Source: a virus (Duplodnaviria > Caudoviricetes). From it: 25,564 nt of DNA. The DNA lies in the IMG/VR virus record IMGVR_UViG_3300006752_000194, positions 1 to 25,564 of that record; one strand, given 5' to 3'. Below the pieces are notes generated by a model that did no database searches, was not told where the DNA came from, and saw only the letters and a list, made by a program, of their open reading frames with translations. This document shows positions 15,947 to 25,269 of the stretch, piece by piece (within the stretch, counting starts at the first letter, position 1; each line of letters begins with the position of its first letter). Both the position numbers and the translations under genes were made by a program.

Positions 15947-16572
15947 AAATTGTAACAACACTAATAGCACTATTAACACTAGTGGTTGGAACAAATATCT
16001 TTATCAGAGTACAAGAACAAGACAGATTAGATACTGCTTTGCTTTTGTTAGATGAAAGAATTAATTCTAATCAAACAACTATTACAAACATTGAAGACTA
16101 TATGGTAGACACAGCATTAGACTTTGAGAAGATGCAGTATATTATGATGGACAATATTAAAGATGTAGCTACATCATTAGAAAAGCATGAACATGCACCA
16201 GTATACATTGAGAAACCGGAAGTTCCTGTTGTTAAAATTACAACTGAACCTGAACCTGTAATTAAAGACGATGTATTAGAAAGAACATACAATCCTGAAA
16301 CACAATTACATGTACCTAATCTTCCTCGTCCTGTTGTTTCGTGTCCTCAAACAAACAATAGACTAGGTAAATTTATTGAAGATGTTCCGTTACGTAGAGA
16401 CTATAAGTTTTTGGTTACGTATGATATCTTTAATGATACTGTAAGTAATGTAAGGTTTGACAAGAAATTACCTAGCAAATTAAAAACAGCTATGATAAAA
16501 TATATTAACTCGTTTACAATTAAAGGTGATGTAAAAAATTGTAAGCTATCAATTAAAGTATTGGAGAATTAA
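15943..16572 (+). CDS. Membrane-anchored protein with TonB-like architecture
   Basis: N-terminal TM helix, coiled coil, Pro/Glu/Val linker, C-terminal beta-beta-alpha-beta pattern. AAGGAG SD. The CDS is solid; the TonB call is tentative. Confidence 0.55.
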   Translation: MKIVTTLIALLTLVVGTNIFIRVQEQDRLDTALLLLDERINSNQTTITNIEDYMVDTALDFEKMQYIMMDNIKDVATSLEKHEHAPVYIEKPEVPVVKITTEPEPVIKDDVLERTYNPETQLHVPNLPRPVVSCPQTNNRLGKFIEDVPLRRDYKFLVTYDIFNDTVSNVRFDKKLPSKLKTAMIKYINSFTIKGDVKNCKLSIKVLEN

Positions 16573-16782
16573 ATGCAACAAGAATTTTATAGATTAACAA
16601 GAGATGAGTTCAGGCAATGGGATGTGTTTTGTACAGATAATGGAAAAGAAATGTATGAGAACAAAGATAGTTATGCTGTTATATACATGCCTAAGTCTGA
16701 CAGTTATCACTTGTATGTAGATCAAAAAGAACAATCAGGTATGCAAAACTTTTTACAAAAAATGCTTGCATATGATTTGTAG
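16573..16782 (+). CDS. Hypothetical protein
   Basis: 69 aa, GGAG SD. Confidence 0.7.
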   Translation: MQQEFYRLTRDEFRQWDVFCTDNGKEMYENKDSYAVIYMPKSDSYHLYVDQKEQSGMQNFLQKMLAYDL

Positions 16783-16794
16783 AGGTGGTATAAT
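16766..16794 (+). promoter_or_regulatory. Promoter for the replication module
   Basis: TTGCAT-17 nt-TATAAT with extended TGn. Confidence 0.75.
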
Positions 16795-16800
16795 GCACTT

Positions 16801-16960
16801 ACTCAAAGACATGACCTTGATATTAAAGGCTTTCCTTGAGTCATTAAGTAGCATTAGCCCTCTAAACTCCATCCTCCTCAAGGAGCTACTTAATTCAGTT
16901 ATCTGAGGTGATGGGGCAACTGACTCATAGCCCCAACTTGAAAAAGTTAGCTATGGTTTT
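16801..16960 (+). ncRNA. Candidate structured RNA / ssb leader
   Basis: Four adjacent stems: 16801-06/16836-41, 16843-52/16885-94 (10 bp perfect), 16895-900/16918-23 and 16926-31/16950-55 with a GAAA-capped inner stem. Confidence 0.6.
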
Positions 16961-16993
16961 TATAATACTGTTAAATAATAAAGGAGAAAAGAT

Positions 16994-17407
16994 ATGGCAG
17001 TAGTAAATGGAACTGCGTATTGGGCAAGTATTAAAACACCTAATACCAAATTTGAGCCGGTGTACACAGTCAACCTAGTGGTTGATGATGATACCGCAAA
17101 TGATTTTGCGTCACGAGGACACAAGATCAAACAGATGGATGAAGGTCCATCTATTGTTATCAAAAGAAAAGTTAACGGACCTAATGGAATGGTTCGCACA
17201 GCACCTAGATTGTTAGATGCTGAGAAGAATGAAGTTAATTATTCAGTTGGTAATGGTTCTAAAGTAAGAGTACAATACAATGAGTACGAAGGAGAAAATA
17301 AGTATGGACCTTATTCAGGTTTAGATTTACAAGCTATCCAAGTACTTGATCTTGTAGAGTACAGATCAGAAGATGGTGCAGAACTGTTGGATGGGGAGGA
17401 ATTCTAA
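16994..17407 (+). CDS. ssb: Single-stranded DNA-binding protein (T7 gp2.5-like)
   Basis: VGNGSKV and LQAIQVLDLVEY motifs, acidic tail ending in Phe, upstream of primase-helicase. Confidence 0.85.
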   Translation: MAVVNGTAYWASIKTPNTKFEPVYTVNLVVDDDTANDFASRGHKIKQMDEGPSIVIKRKVNGPNGMVRTAPRLLDAEKNEVNYSVGNGSKVRVQYNEYEGENKYGPYSGLDLQAIQVLDLVEYRSEDGAELLDGEEF

Positions 17408-17685
17408 TGGTAGATACTCCACAACTACAAGGTGCACCAATCACAATAAACCAAGAAGATGGTTCTTCTAAGGTTTATGACACAGGGTTGTTATCACCTG
17501 AAGCACAGCAGGCTGTAGATATGATTGCCTTTATCGGAAGATTAAGACAAGTATTAGATTCGTCTGGACAAGTATTCAGTAATGTAGTCACAAGTAACCT
17601 AACCGAAGAAGCTATGGTCGAAGAACTAGCTACGGAAGCAGAGGTTGTTGAAGAAGACAATACTGATGAAGAAGACACTAAGTAA
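17407..17685 (+). CDS. Acidic hypothetical protein
   Basis: 92 aa, GGAGG SD, TAATG overlap. Confidence 0.75.
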   Translation: MVDTPQLQGAPITINQEDGSSKVYDTGLLSPEAQQAVDMIAFIGRLRQVLDSSGQVFSNVVTSNLTEEAMVEELATEAEVVEEDNTDEEDTK

Positions 17686-17700
17686 TAGTGTTGATAACTC

Positions 17701-17735
17701 GAGGGCAGGTTCTCATGGCTTGCCCTCATTTTTTT
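17701..17735 (+). terminator. Rho-independent terminator
   Basis: GAGGGCAGGT/GCTTGCCCTC stem followed by T7. Confidence 0.8.
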
Positions 17736-17748
17736 ATGAGGAGATTAA

Positions 17749-19401
17749 ATGGAGAAAAGCAATTGGGAAAAACACAAACTACCCTGCCCTAAGTGTGGAG
17801 GTAGTGACCCAGTATCTACAAATACAGATGGCTCAGGTTATTGCTTTAGTTGTACCCACTATTTTAAAGACTATCAACAAGAAGTTGATGGAAATATTGT
17901 AGACATGGCTACACATAAAGAACCTAGTACATTTTTAAATTCATACACAGGAGTCTTTGGTGACTTAACTGATCGTAAGATTAGTGAGAATGTCGCAAAG
18001 AAATATGCTGTGCGTGTAGTTTATGACAACGAAGGTAAAGTAGCTAAGCATATCTATCCTTACTATAATAGTAATGAGATTGTTTCTACTAAGACACGTA
18101 CTGTAAGCACAAAAGGTTTTACAGTTGAAGGTGGGTATGAAGGCACAGGTTTATTTGGAGAACAACTCTTTGGTAAAGGAGGTAAGTACCTCACGATTAC
18201 AGAAGGTGAGTGTGATGCAATGGCTGTGTATGAAATATTTGATAAGAAGTGGGCATCAGTTTCTATAAAGCGTGGTGCTCAAGGTGCAGTACGAGATATA
18301 AGAGACAGCATAGAGTTTGTTGAATCGTTTGATAATGTTATCCTTTGTTTTGATAATGACAAACATGGTAGAGAAGCAGCACGTAAGGTTGCCCGTATTA
18401 TAAAACCGGGAAAGACTAAGATTGTTACTTTGCCTGAAGGATTTAAAGATGCTAATGCTATGCTTGAGCAAGGGCAGTATGCACAGTTTACGAAAGCTTG
18501 GTGGGATGCTAAGACATATACACCATCAGGTATCATGGAACTATCAAGTGCCAAAGACAAATGGTTGTACCGAGAGCAGAAAGAAAGCATTGCTTATCCT
18601 TGGGAAGGATTAAACAAAAAGCTTTATGGTATGCGTAAAGGAGAGTTAGTTACATTGACTGGTGGTACAGGACTTGGTAAGTCAAGCATCACACGAGAGC
18701 TTTCTCACTACTTAATCAAGCATACTACAGACAATGTAGGTATCATAGCCCTTGAAGAAAACTGGTTAAAGACTGCTGATGGTTTAGTTTCTATTGAAGC
18801 TAATGATCGTTTGTATCTTGAAGAGAAACGTAAGAAGTATACAGACGAGCAACTCACAGAATTATTTGATAGAGTTATTCAGAAAGATAAAGTATTTATT
18901 CATGCTCATCTTGGAGCTACAGATATCGATGAGATATTTTCTAAACTACGATATATGATTGTCGGTTGTGAATGTCAATGGGTTGTAGTAGATCACTTAC
19001 ATATGTTAGTTAATCAACTTACCGAAACAGATGAACGTAGAGGTATAGATAATCTTATGAATCGTTTGCGTTCTTTAGTTGAAGAAACTGGTGTCGGTAT
19101 GTTTTTAGTATCACACTTACGTAGAGCAGCAGGTGATCGAGGACATGAGCAAGGTATAGAAGTATCTCTTTCTCATCTCAAGGGATCTCAAGGTATATCT
19201 CAACTGTCTGACTGTGTGATTGCACTAGAACGTAACCAACAAGCAGAAGATGAAGTTGAATCTAATACAACAAAAGTTCGTGTACTTAAATCTAGATACA
19301 CAGGAGATACCGGATTAGCTTGTAGCTTACTTTATAATTCTGATACTGGTAGAATGAATGAAGTCACAGATGAAATGACGTTAGAAAACTCACCCTTTTA
19401 G
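17749..19401 (+). CDS. T7 gp4-like primase-helicase
   Basis: Zn ribbon CPKC...CFSC, TOPRIM ITEGECD and FDND, Walker A GGTGLGKS, VSHLRR. Confidence 0.95.
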   Translation: MEKSNWEKHKLPCPKCGGSDPVSTNTDGSGYCFSCTHYFKDYQQEVDGNIVDMATHKEPSTFLNSYTGVFGDLTDRKISENVAKKYAVRVVYDNEGKVAKHIYPYYNSNEIVSTKTRTVSTKGFTVEGGYEGTGLFGEQLFGKGGKYLTITEGECDAMAVYEIFDKKWASVSIKRGAQGAVRDIRDSIEFVESFDNVILCFDNDKHGREAARKVARIIKPGKTKIVTLPEGFKDANAMLEQGQYAQFTKAWWDAKTYTPSGIMELSSAKDKWLYREQKESIAYPWEGLNKKLYGMRKGELVTLTGGTGLGKSSITRELSHYLIKHTTDNVGIIALEENWLKTADGLVSIEANDRLYLEEKRKKYTDEQLTELFDRVIQKDKVFIHAHLGATDIDEIFSKLRYMIVGCECQWVVVDHLHMLVNQLTETDERRGIDNLMNRLRSLVEETGVGMFLVSHLRRAAGDRGHEQGIEVSLSHLKGSQGISQLSDCVIALERNQQAEDEVESNTTKVRVLKSRYTGDTGLACSLLYNSDTGRMNEVTDEMTLENSPF

Positions 19402-19409
19402 GAGACGAT

Positions 19410-21143
19410 ATGAAAGAAATTGTATTTGATATAGAAGCTAATGGTTTAAAACCTGATAAGATTTGGTGTATTGTAGCCAAGCCTTTAGGTCAACCTGTTG
19501 TTTCGTTTGGTCCGAACAAGATCAAAGAAGGTATAGAGTATTTAAAATCTGCTGATTCATTAATTGGTCATAACATTTTAGGATTTGATTTACCTGTGAT
19601 TAAAAAGTTATACAACGAAGACTTAACTAACTTAGTAATAAAAGATACATTAGTAATGTCTCGATTGTTTAATCCAGTACGAGAGAATGGTCATAGTTTA
19701 AAAACATGGGGATACATTATCGGGTTTACTAAAGATGAACAACCGGAAGACTGGGATCAGTTTTCACAAGACATGCTTAAGTATTGTCAGAAGGATGTAA
19801 TCTTAAATGAAAAAGTATACAACAAACTTTTACAAGAAGGTGAACAGTTCGATGAAGAATCTATCAAGTTAGAACATGGTGTTGCTACAGTCCTGAAAGA
19901 TCAGGAAGATTTTGGTTTTGAATTTAATCAAGAGTATGCCATGATGTTAGTAGCTCAACTCAAAGAACGTATGTTTAAAGTTGAGAAAGAAGTACAACAA
20001 GTATTCAAACCTAAGATGGTAGATGTTAAACAAGTGATACCTAAACTCAAGAAAGATGGTACGTTATCTAAGTCAGGCTTGACTGTTGAAGAATATGACA
20101 GACTTATTGTTGAAGGAGATTACTTACCTTTTATGAGACAGAAGTTACAACCTTTTAACTTAGGTTCTCGTAAACAAATTGGTGAGTATCTAACAGACTT
20201 TGGTTGGAAACCTAATAGGTTTACTCCAACTGGTCTTCCGATCGTAGATGAATCTTCGTTGGCTAAAGTAAAAAACATACCGGAAGCTAGGTTGATAGCA
20301 GAGTTTTTATTATTACAAAAACGCATAGCCCAAATTGATTCGTGGATATTAGCTGTACAAGAAGACAATAGAGTACATGGTTTTGTTATTCCTAATGGAA
20401 CAATTACTGGTCGTATGTCTCATCGTGCTCCTAATGTTGCACAAGTTCCTAGTGTTGCTAGTGAGTATGGTACAGAATGTAGATCATGTTGGACAGTACG
20501 TGATGGTTATAAATTAGTAGGTATAGATGCAAGTGGTTTAGAATTAAGAATGCTTGCACACTACATGGACGATGAGGAATACACAAATGAAGTTACAGAA
20601 GGAGATATACACACAGCTAATCAAAAAGCTGCAGGACTTAAATCAAGAGATCAGGCAAAGACATTCATCTATGCATTTATATACGGAGCAGGAGATGCTA
20701 AGATTGGGAGTGTGGTTGGAGGAGGTAAAAAACTTGGAGCAGAACTTAAGCAACGCTTCCTCGATAATAACCCATCACTTAAAGTCCTTCGAGACAGAGT
20801 ATCTAGAGCAGCTAAACGAGGATACCTCAAAGGATTAGATGGTCGTAAGATATTTATTCGCAACGAACATGCAGCACTTAATAGTTTATTACAAGGTGGT
20901 GGTGCAATAGTTATGAAGAGAGCTTTACTTATGCTACAGGATATGATAAAGTTACAAACTTTAGATGCTAAGTTTGTTGCTAACATTCACGATGAATGGC
21001 AGATGGAAGTACGTCAAGATTTATCTGACCATGTAGGTGAGTTAGCTATTGAATGTATTATTAAAGCGGGAGAATATTATAATCTTCGCTGTCCGATGGA
21101 TGGTGAATACAAAGTAGGAGATAATTGGAGTGAAACCCATTAA
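19410..21143 (+). CDS. Family A DNA polymerase (T7 gp5-like)
   Basis: Exonuclease FDIEANG, motif A DASGLELR, motif B RDQAKTFIYAFIYG, motif C IHDE. Confidence 0.95.
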   Translation: MKEIVFDIEANGLKPDKIWCIVAKPLGQPVVSFGPNKIKEGIEYLKSADSLIGHNILGFDLPVIKKLYNEDLTNLVIKDTLVMSRLFNPVRENGHSLKTWGYIIGFTKDEQPEDWDQFSQDMLKYCQKDVILNEKVYNKLLQEGEQFDEESIKLEHGVATVLKDQEDFGFEFNQEYAMMLVAQLKERMFKVEKEVQQVFKPKMVDVKQVIPKLKKDGTLSKSGLTVEEYDRLIVEGDYLPFMRQKLQPFNLGSRKQIGEYLTDFGWKPNRFTPTGLPIVDESSLAKVKNIPEARLIAEFLLLQKRIAQIDSWILAVQEDNRVHGFVIPNGTITGRMSHRAPNVAQVPSVASEYGTECRSCWTVRDGYKLVGIDASGLELRMLAHYMDDEEYTNEVTEGDIHTANQKAAGLKSRDQAKTFIYAFIYGAGDAKIGSVVGGGKKLGAELKQRFLDNNPSLKVLRDRVSRAAKRGYLKGLDGRKIFIRNEHAALNSLLQGGGAIVMKRALLMLQDMIKLQTLDAKFVANIHDEWQMEVRQDLSDHVGELAIECIIKAGEYYNLRCPMDGEYKVGDNWSETH

Positions 21144-21468
21144 CAATATAAATAGAAAAGGAGACTTAGCTGAGTACTATGCAGTTACATGGCTATGGGA
21201 TAATGGTTATGAAGTTTTTCAAAACTCAGGATGTACTGGTCCAATAGATATGATTGCAATGAAAGATGGTGCTACTACTTTCGTTGATGTTAAGACTATG
21301 TCTAAAGATAAAAAGCAACCTCAGTACCGAGGTAAGATGAGTCGTACAGCAGAACAAAAAGAATTAAATGTAAAGTTATTATTATTTCATCCTGACACAA
21401 GAAAATTAAGATGGGCACGACACGGAATAAAAGGGAGAATACCTAATGCAGAAAAAACAATTAGATAA
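21130..21468 (+). CDS. PD-(D/E)XK endonuclease, Hjc resolvase-like
   Basis: KGDLAE...GYEVF...IDMIA...VDVKT. Confidence 0.7.
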   Translation: MKPINNINRKGDLAEYYAVTWLWDNGYEVFQNSGCTGPIDMIAMKDGATTFVDVKTMSKDKKQPQYRGKMSRTAEQKELNVKLLLFHPDTRKLRWARHGIKGRIPNAEKTIR

Positions 21469-22324
21469 TTTAGTACAAGATATTTACAAAGCACTCTCAC
21501 CTCTATCCAAAGGTGAAGGACTCACATTATCAGACGAACTTATAGATTCGTTTGGTGAGGATATGAAAGATGCGTTACGAGGTTGGGCAAAGAAACAACC
21601 AAAGACTAAAGATTCTTTACGTATGTCTAATGTAGGTAAGCCTGCTCGTCAACTTTGGTATAACAAACATTCAAAGATTAAAGCTAAAGACTTTCAATCT
21701 ACATTGCTTATTAAATTTTTGTATGGTCATTTACTAGAAGCTCTTGTAGTTTTCTTTGTAAAACTATCCGGTCATGAGATTACTGATCAACAAAAAGAAG
21801 TTAATGTAAGTGGTATCAAAGGTCACATGGATTGTAAAATAGATGGAGAAGTAGTAGATATTAAATCTACCTCCGGCTTTGCCTTTAATAAATTTAAGAA
21901 TGGGACTTTACCTGAGAATGATAGCTTTGGATACATGGCACAGCTTGCCGGATACGAAGAAGCAGAGGGTACAGATCAAGGAGGTTTCTTAGCAATCAAT
22001 AAAGAAACTGGAGAACTTTGGTTTTTTAGACCTGATGAGCTTGACAAACCTGATATAAAGTCTAAAATTAAAAGGTTGAAGGCAACTTTAAAAAAGCCTG
22101 AACCCCCTGAGTTATGTTATCAACCGATAGCAGATGGCACTCAGGGGAATTTCAAACTTCCAAAAGAATGTACATGGTGTCCCCACAAAATAGAATGTCA
22201 TTCGGAATCTAATAACGGACAAGGATTGCGTATCTTTGATTACGCAAGAGGTCCTGTGTTTTTCACAGATGTAGTTACTCAACCACGAGTACAGGAGATC
22301 ACCAATGAATGGCAAGAAAAGTAA
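21446..22324 (+). CDS. PD-(D/E)XK exonuclease (Cas4/RecB-like)
   Basis: GHMDC, VDIKS, QLAGY and C-terminal CTWCPHKIEC. Confidence 0.85.
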   Translation: MQKKQLDNLVQDIYKALSPLSKGEGLTLSDELIDSFGEDMKDALRGWAKKQPKTKDSLRMSNVGKPARQLWYNKHSKIKAKDFQSTLLIKFLYGHLLEALVVFFVKLSGHEITDQQKEVNVSGIKGHMDCKIDGEVVDIKSTSGFAFNKFKNGTLPENDSFGYMAQLAGYEEAEGTDQGGFLAINKETGELWFFRPDELDKPDIKSKIKRLKATLKKPEPPELCYQPIADGTQGNFKLPKECTWCPHKIECHSESNNGQGLRIFDYARGPVFFTDVVTQPRVQEITNEWQEK

Positions 22325-22556
22325 ATTAATACGTAGACAAGCAGAGAAACTTCAGGTACAATGGATCAATAGTTTATTGACAGAGGATGCTGATAAAGTA
22401 ACACCTCAAAGTTTAGACAAAGCTCTACCCGATCAAGAATATTATTACAAAGGTTATACAATACATCATTCATTCATGAATCATAAATGGGTTGAGAAAA
22501 AATTAAAGAAAAATATAAACATAAGTTTAGATGAATTAACTGGAAGTCATGGCTGA
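22305..22556 (+). CDS. Hypothetical protein
   Basis: 83 aa, AGGAG SD. Confidence 0.75.
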   Translation: MNGKKSKLIRRQAEKLQVQWINSLLTEDADKVTPQSLDKALPDQEYYYKGYTIHHSFMNHKWVEKKLKKNINISLDELTGSHG

Positions 22557-22734
22557 GGTTAATCTAGATGATTTAAAATTAGAAGACTTATTATTTATAG
22601 TAGGTGGTTCAATCTTTCAAGGAAGTACTGCTGATGATATAGAGTTAGAAGTATTATTAAAACTAGAAGAATTACTTAATATTAAAATTGATGAAAGATT
22701 AAATGGTGTACCAGTAAATGCTGTTATACATTAA
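22549..22734 (+). CDS. Hypothetical protein
   Basis: 61 aa, overlaps the upstream gene. Confidence 0.65.
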   Translation: MAEVNLDDLKLEDLLFIVGGSIFQGSTADDIELEVLLKLEELLNIKIDERLNGVPVNAVIH

Positions 22735-22743
22735 GGAGATAAG

Positions 22744-23016
22744 ATGGAATATAAATTTGATGAGAATATAAATTTAAGAGGAGTACAACAGTACATTGAT
22801 AGTACCTACACACAACACTATGCTCACTCTAAGTATCAAGCAACCGATATGATTATTGATGCAGGACATGGTGAAGGTTTCTGTATAGGTAACATCATGA
22901 AGTATGCTATGAGGTATGGTAAGAAGAATGGTAAGTCTGATGCAGACCTACTTAAAATTATTCATTATACTTTAATCGCTTTATACTTAAATCAGGATGA
23001 TACAAAAGATGATTAA
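22744..23016 (+). CDS. DUF3310-like protein (T7 gp1.7-related)
   Basis: HY...GFCIGNIMKYAMRYGKKNG...DLLKIIHY. Confidence 0.75.
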   Translation: MEYKFDENINLRGVQQYIDSTYTQHYAHSKYQATDMIIDAGHGEGFCIGNIMKYAMRYGKKNGKSDADLLKIIHYTLIALYLNQDDTKDD

Positions 23017-24886
23017 AGAATACTTAGGAATACAAATAGATTACAGTAAAGATAAGAAACTAGATAAGTTTAGCATTGATACTCTACAAGACAGGTACTA
23101 TTGGGAAAACGAACAGAGCCCACAAGAAGCTTTCGCAAGAGCTGCAGTATTTGGAGCTACACATAGAGGACATATAAATTTTAGTTTAGCACAGAGGTTA
23201 TATAATTATGCATCCGATCATTGGTTTATGTTTAGCACTCCTATACTTTCTAACGGGGGAACAACTCGTGGCTTACCTATTAGCTGCTTTCTCAATTACG
23301 TACCTGATTCGAGGGATGGTCTTTCTGATCACTATGATGAAAACATATGGCTCGCAAGTTCAGGTGGAGGTATCGGTGGATATTGGGGAGATGTTAGGAG
23401 TGATGGTGTGTCAACTGGCAATGGTTCTCGTTCTACTGGATCAATCCCGTTTATGCATGTCGTAGATTCTCAGATGCTTGCCTTTAATCAAGGCACTACA
23501 AGAAGAGGAAGCTATGCAGCTTACTCGGATATATCTCATCCGGAGATTGAAGAGTTTATTAACATGCGTAAATCATCAGGTGGAGATATCAATAGAAAGA
23601 ATCTTAACTTACACAACGGAGTAAACATTACAAACGAATTCTTAGAAGCTGTTAAGACTGATGATGAATGGAGATTGATAGACCCTAAGACTAATGAGCC
23701 TACTAAAGTTATTAGTGCTAGAGAGTTATGGATGAGGTTACTTGAGACTAGAGCAGAGACTGGTGAGCCTTATCTAATTAACATTGATAGATGTAATGAA
23801 GCTCTACCCAAAGGACAAAAAGATTTAGGATTAGAGATCAGACAAAGTAATCTTTGTTCAGAAATTACTCTACCTACAAATGAAGAAAGGACTGCTGTGT
23901 GTTGTTTGTCTAGTGTTAATTTAGAATACTATGATGCATGGAAAGATGATGAAAAGTTTATAAAAGATTTAGTTACTATGCTTGATAATGTGTTAGAACA
24001 TTTTATTGGAGAGATAGTACATACAGAAAAATTAGGTGGTTATACTGCAAATTATAAAAGGTTTAAAAGTTATGTTAAAGAAGGTAAAAAAGGTTTGGTT
24101 AAAGCTGCGTACTCCGCATATAGAGAACGATCAATTGGATTGGGTGCAATGGGATTCCACTCCTATCTCCAAAGCAAAGGATTATCTTTCAATGGTCTAC
24201 AACAAACTGGGATTAACAACACGATCTTTTCTAATATTAAATCCAAAGCTGTCCATGCTACTACAGTCCTTGCGGAAATGCGTGGTGAAGCTCCTGACAT
24301 ACATGGTAGCAATAAGCGTAACACTCATCTGTTGGCTGTTGCTCCTAATGCCAGTAGTTCTATTATATGTGGTGGCACTTCCCCTAGCATTGAACCATAT
24401 CGTGCTAACGTATATACACACAAAACTTTATCAGGTAACTACAAAGTAAAGAATAAATATTTAGAAAAGTTATTAAAGAAGAAAGGACTCAATGCAGATG
24501 AAAGAGAACAGGTATGGAAAGATATTTCAAATGAAAGAGGTTCAATACAAAATATTAAAATATTTAATAAAGAAGAAAAAGAAATATTTAAAACAGCAGA
24601 CGAACTAAATCAATTACATTTAGTAGAACATGCAAAGATTAGACAAGAATACATTTGTCAAAGTCAAAGTGTAAATCTTTTCTTCGTACCACCTAAGGCT
24701 ACAGAACCTCAAGAAGTACACGATGAATTTTTACAATACTTAAATGATGTACATTGGTATGCTATGTATAATTTAAAATCATTGTACTACTTAAGATCAG
24801 ATGCAGCTAAATCTGCAGAGAATGTAAACGTAAGAATACCAAGAATTAATTTAGAAGACACAGAATGTATAAGCTGTGAAGGATAG
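22997..24886 (+). CDS. nrdA: Class I ribonucleotide reductase alpha subunit (no ATP cone)
   Basis: FSTPIL, ISCF, SNLCSEI, APNASSS, LYYLRS and C-terminal CISCEG. Start may be 23009. Confidence 0.95.
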   Translation: MIQKMIKEYLGIQIDYSKDKKLDKFSIDTLQDRYYWENEQSPQEAFARAAVFGATHRGHINFSLAQRLYNYASDHWFMFSTPILSNGGTTRGLPISCFLNYVPDSRDGLSDHYDENIWLASSGGGIGGYWGDVRSDGVSTGNGSRSTGSIPFMHVVDSQMLAFNQGTTRRGSYAAYSDISHPEIEEFINMRKSSGGDINRKNLNLHNGVNITNEFLEAVKTDDEWRLIDPKTNEPTKVISARELWMRLLETRAETGEPYLINIDRCNEALPKGQKDLGLEIRQSNLCSEITLPTNEERTAVCCLSSVNLEYYDAWKDDEKFIKDLVTMLDNVLEHFIGEIVHTEKLGGYTANYKRFKSYVKEGKKGLVKAAYSAYRERSIGLGAMGFHSYLQSKGLSFNGLQQTGINNTIFSNIKSKAVHATTVLAEMRGEAPDIHGSNKRNTHLLAVAPNASSSIICGGTSPSIEPYRANVYTHKTLSGNYKVKNKYLEKLLKKKGLNADEREQVWKDISNERGSIQNIKIFNKEEKEIFKTADELNQLHLVEHAKIRQEYICQSQSVNLFFVPPKATEPQEVHDEFLQYLNDVHWYAMYNLKSLYYLRSDAAKSAENVNVRIPRINLEDTECISCEG

Positions 24887-24889
24887 AAT

Positions 24890-25111
24890 ATGACAGAAGA
24901 AAAATTTGATAGAATGTATGAAGGCAGATTTGATGCTCTTAAAAAGAAGTACGAAGCTGAGATAGCTATTGCAAAAACTGAAATAGATACTTATTTTCAA
25001 TTAAGTGTTGGAGTAGCTGAGCATCCTCACATTATTGAATCAATGGATTTACTATTAGAAAAAATTGCAACTGCTCAAGAAAAACTAGAGTTACTACTCA
25101 AGGAGTTTTAA
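24890..25111 (+). CDS. Hypothetical protein
   Basis: 73 aa with VGVAEHP motif. Confidence 0.75.
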   Translation: MTEEKFDRMYEGRFDALKKKYEAEIAIAKTEIDTYFQLSVGVAEHPHIIESMDLLLEKIATAQEKLELLLKEF

Positions 25112-25269
25112 TGGAAGATTCATTTAGTGAGTTCTGCAGACGTATGTGGTTAGATCATTGCGATGAAAACAAAACACCACACTCTACAACATACACAGAA
25201 CAAGAATATAAAAAACAATTTAACAAATGGCTACTTAAAAAGTATGCCGAAGAACAGGAAAAAATATGA
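25111..25269 (+). CDS. Small hypothetical protein (52 aa)
   Basis: MEDSFSEFCRRMWLDHCDENKTPHSTTYTEQEYKKQFNKWLLKKYAEEQEKI. AAGGAG SD. Confidence 0.7.
   Translation: MEDSFSEFCRRMWLDHCDENKTPHSTTYTEQEYKKQFNKWLLKKYAEEQEKI

Noticed and set aside
16801-16960. tRNA
   Set aside because: Multi-stem, but no T-loop (GTTCRA) or acceptor-stem geometry.
21446-22324. CRISPR-associated cas4
   Set aside because: Standalone Cas4-like nuclease in a replication operon, with no other cas genes or array.
12550-24449. Antisense or nested ORFs in the early/replication arm (e.g. 14660-14968, 18279-18590, 20669-20986, 24036-24449)
   Set aside because: They fully overlap conserved genes and have no independent support.
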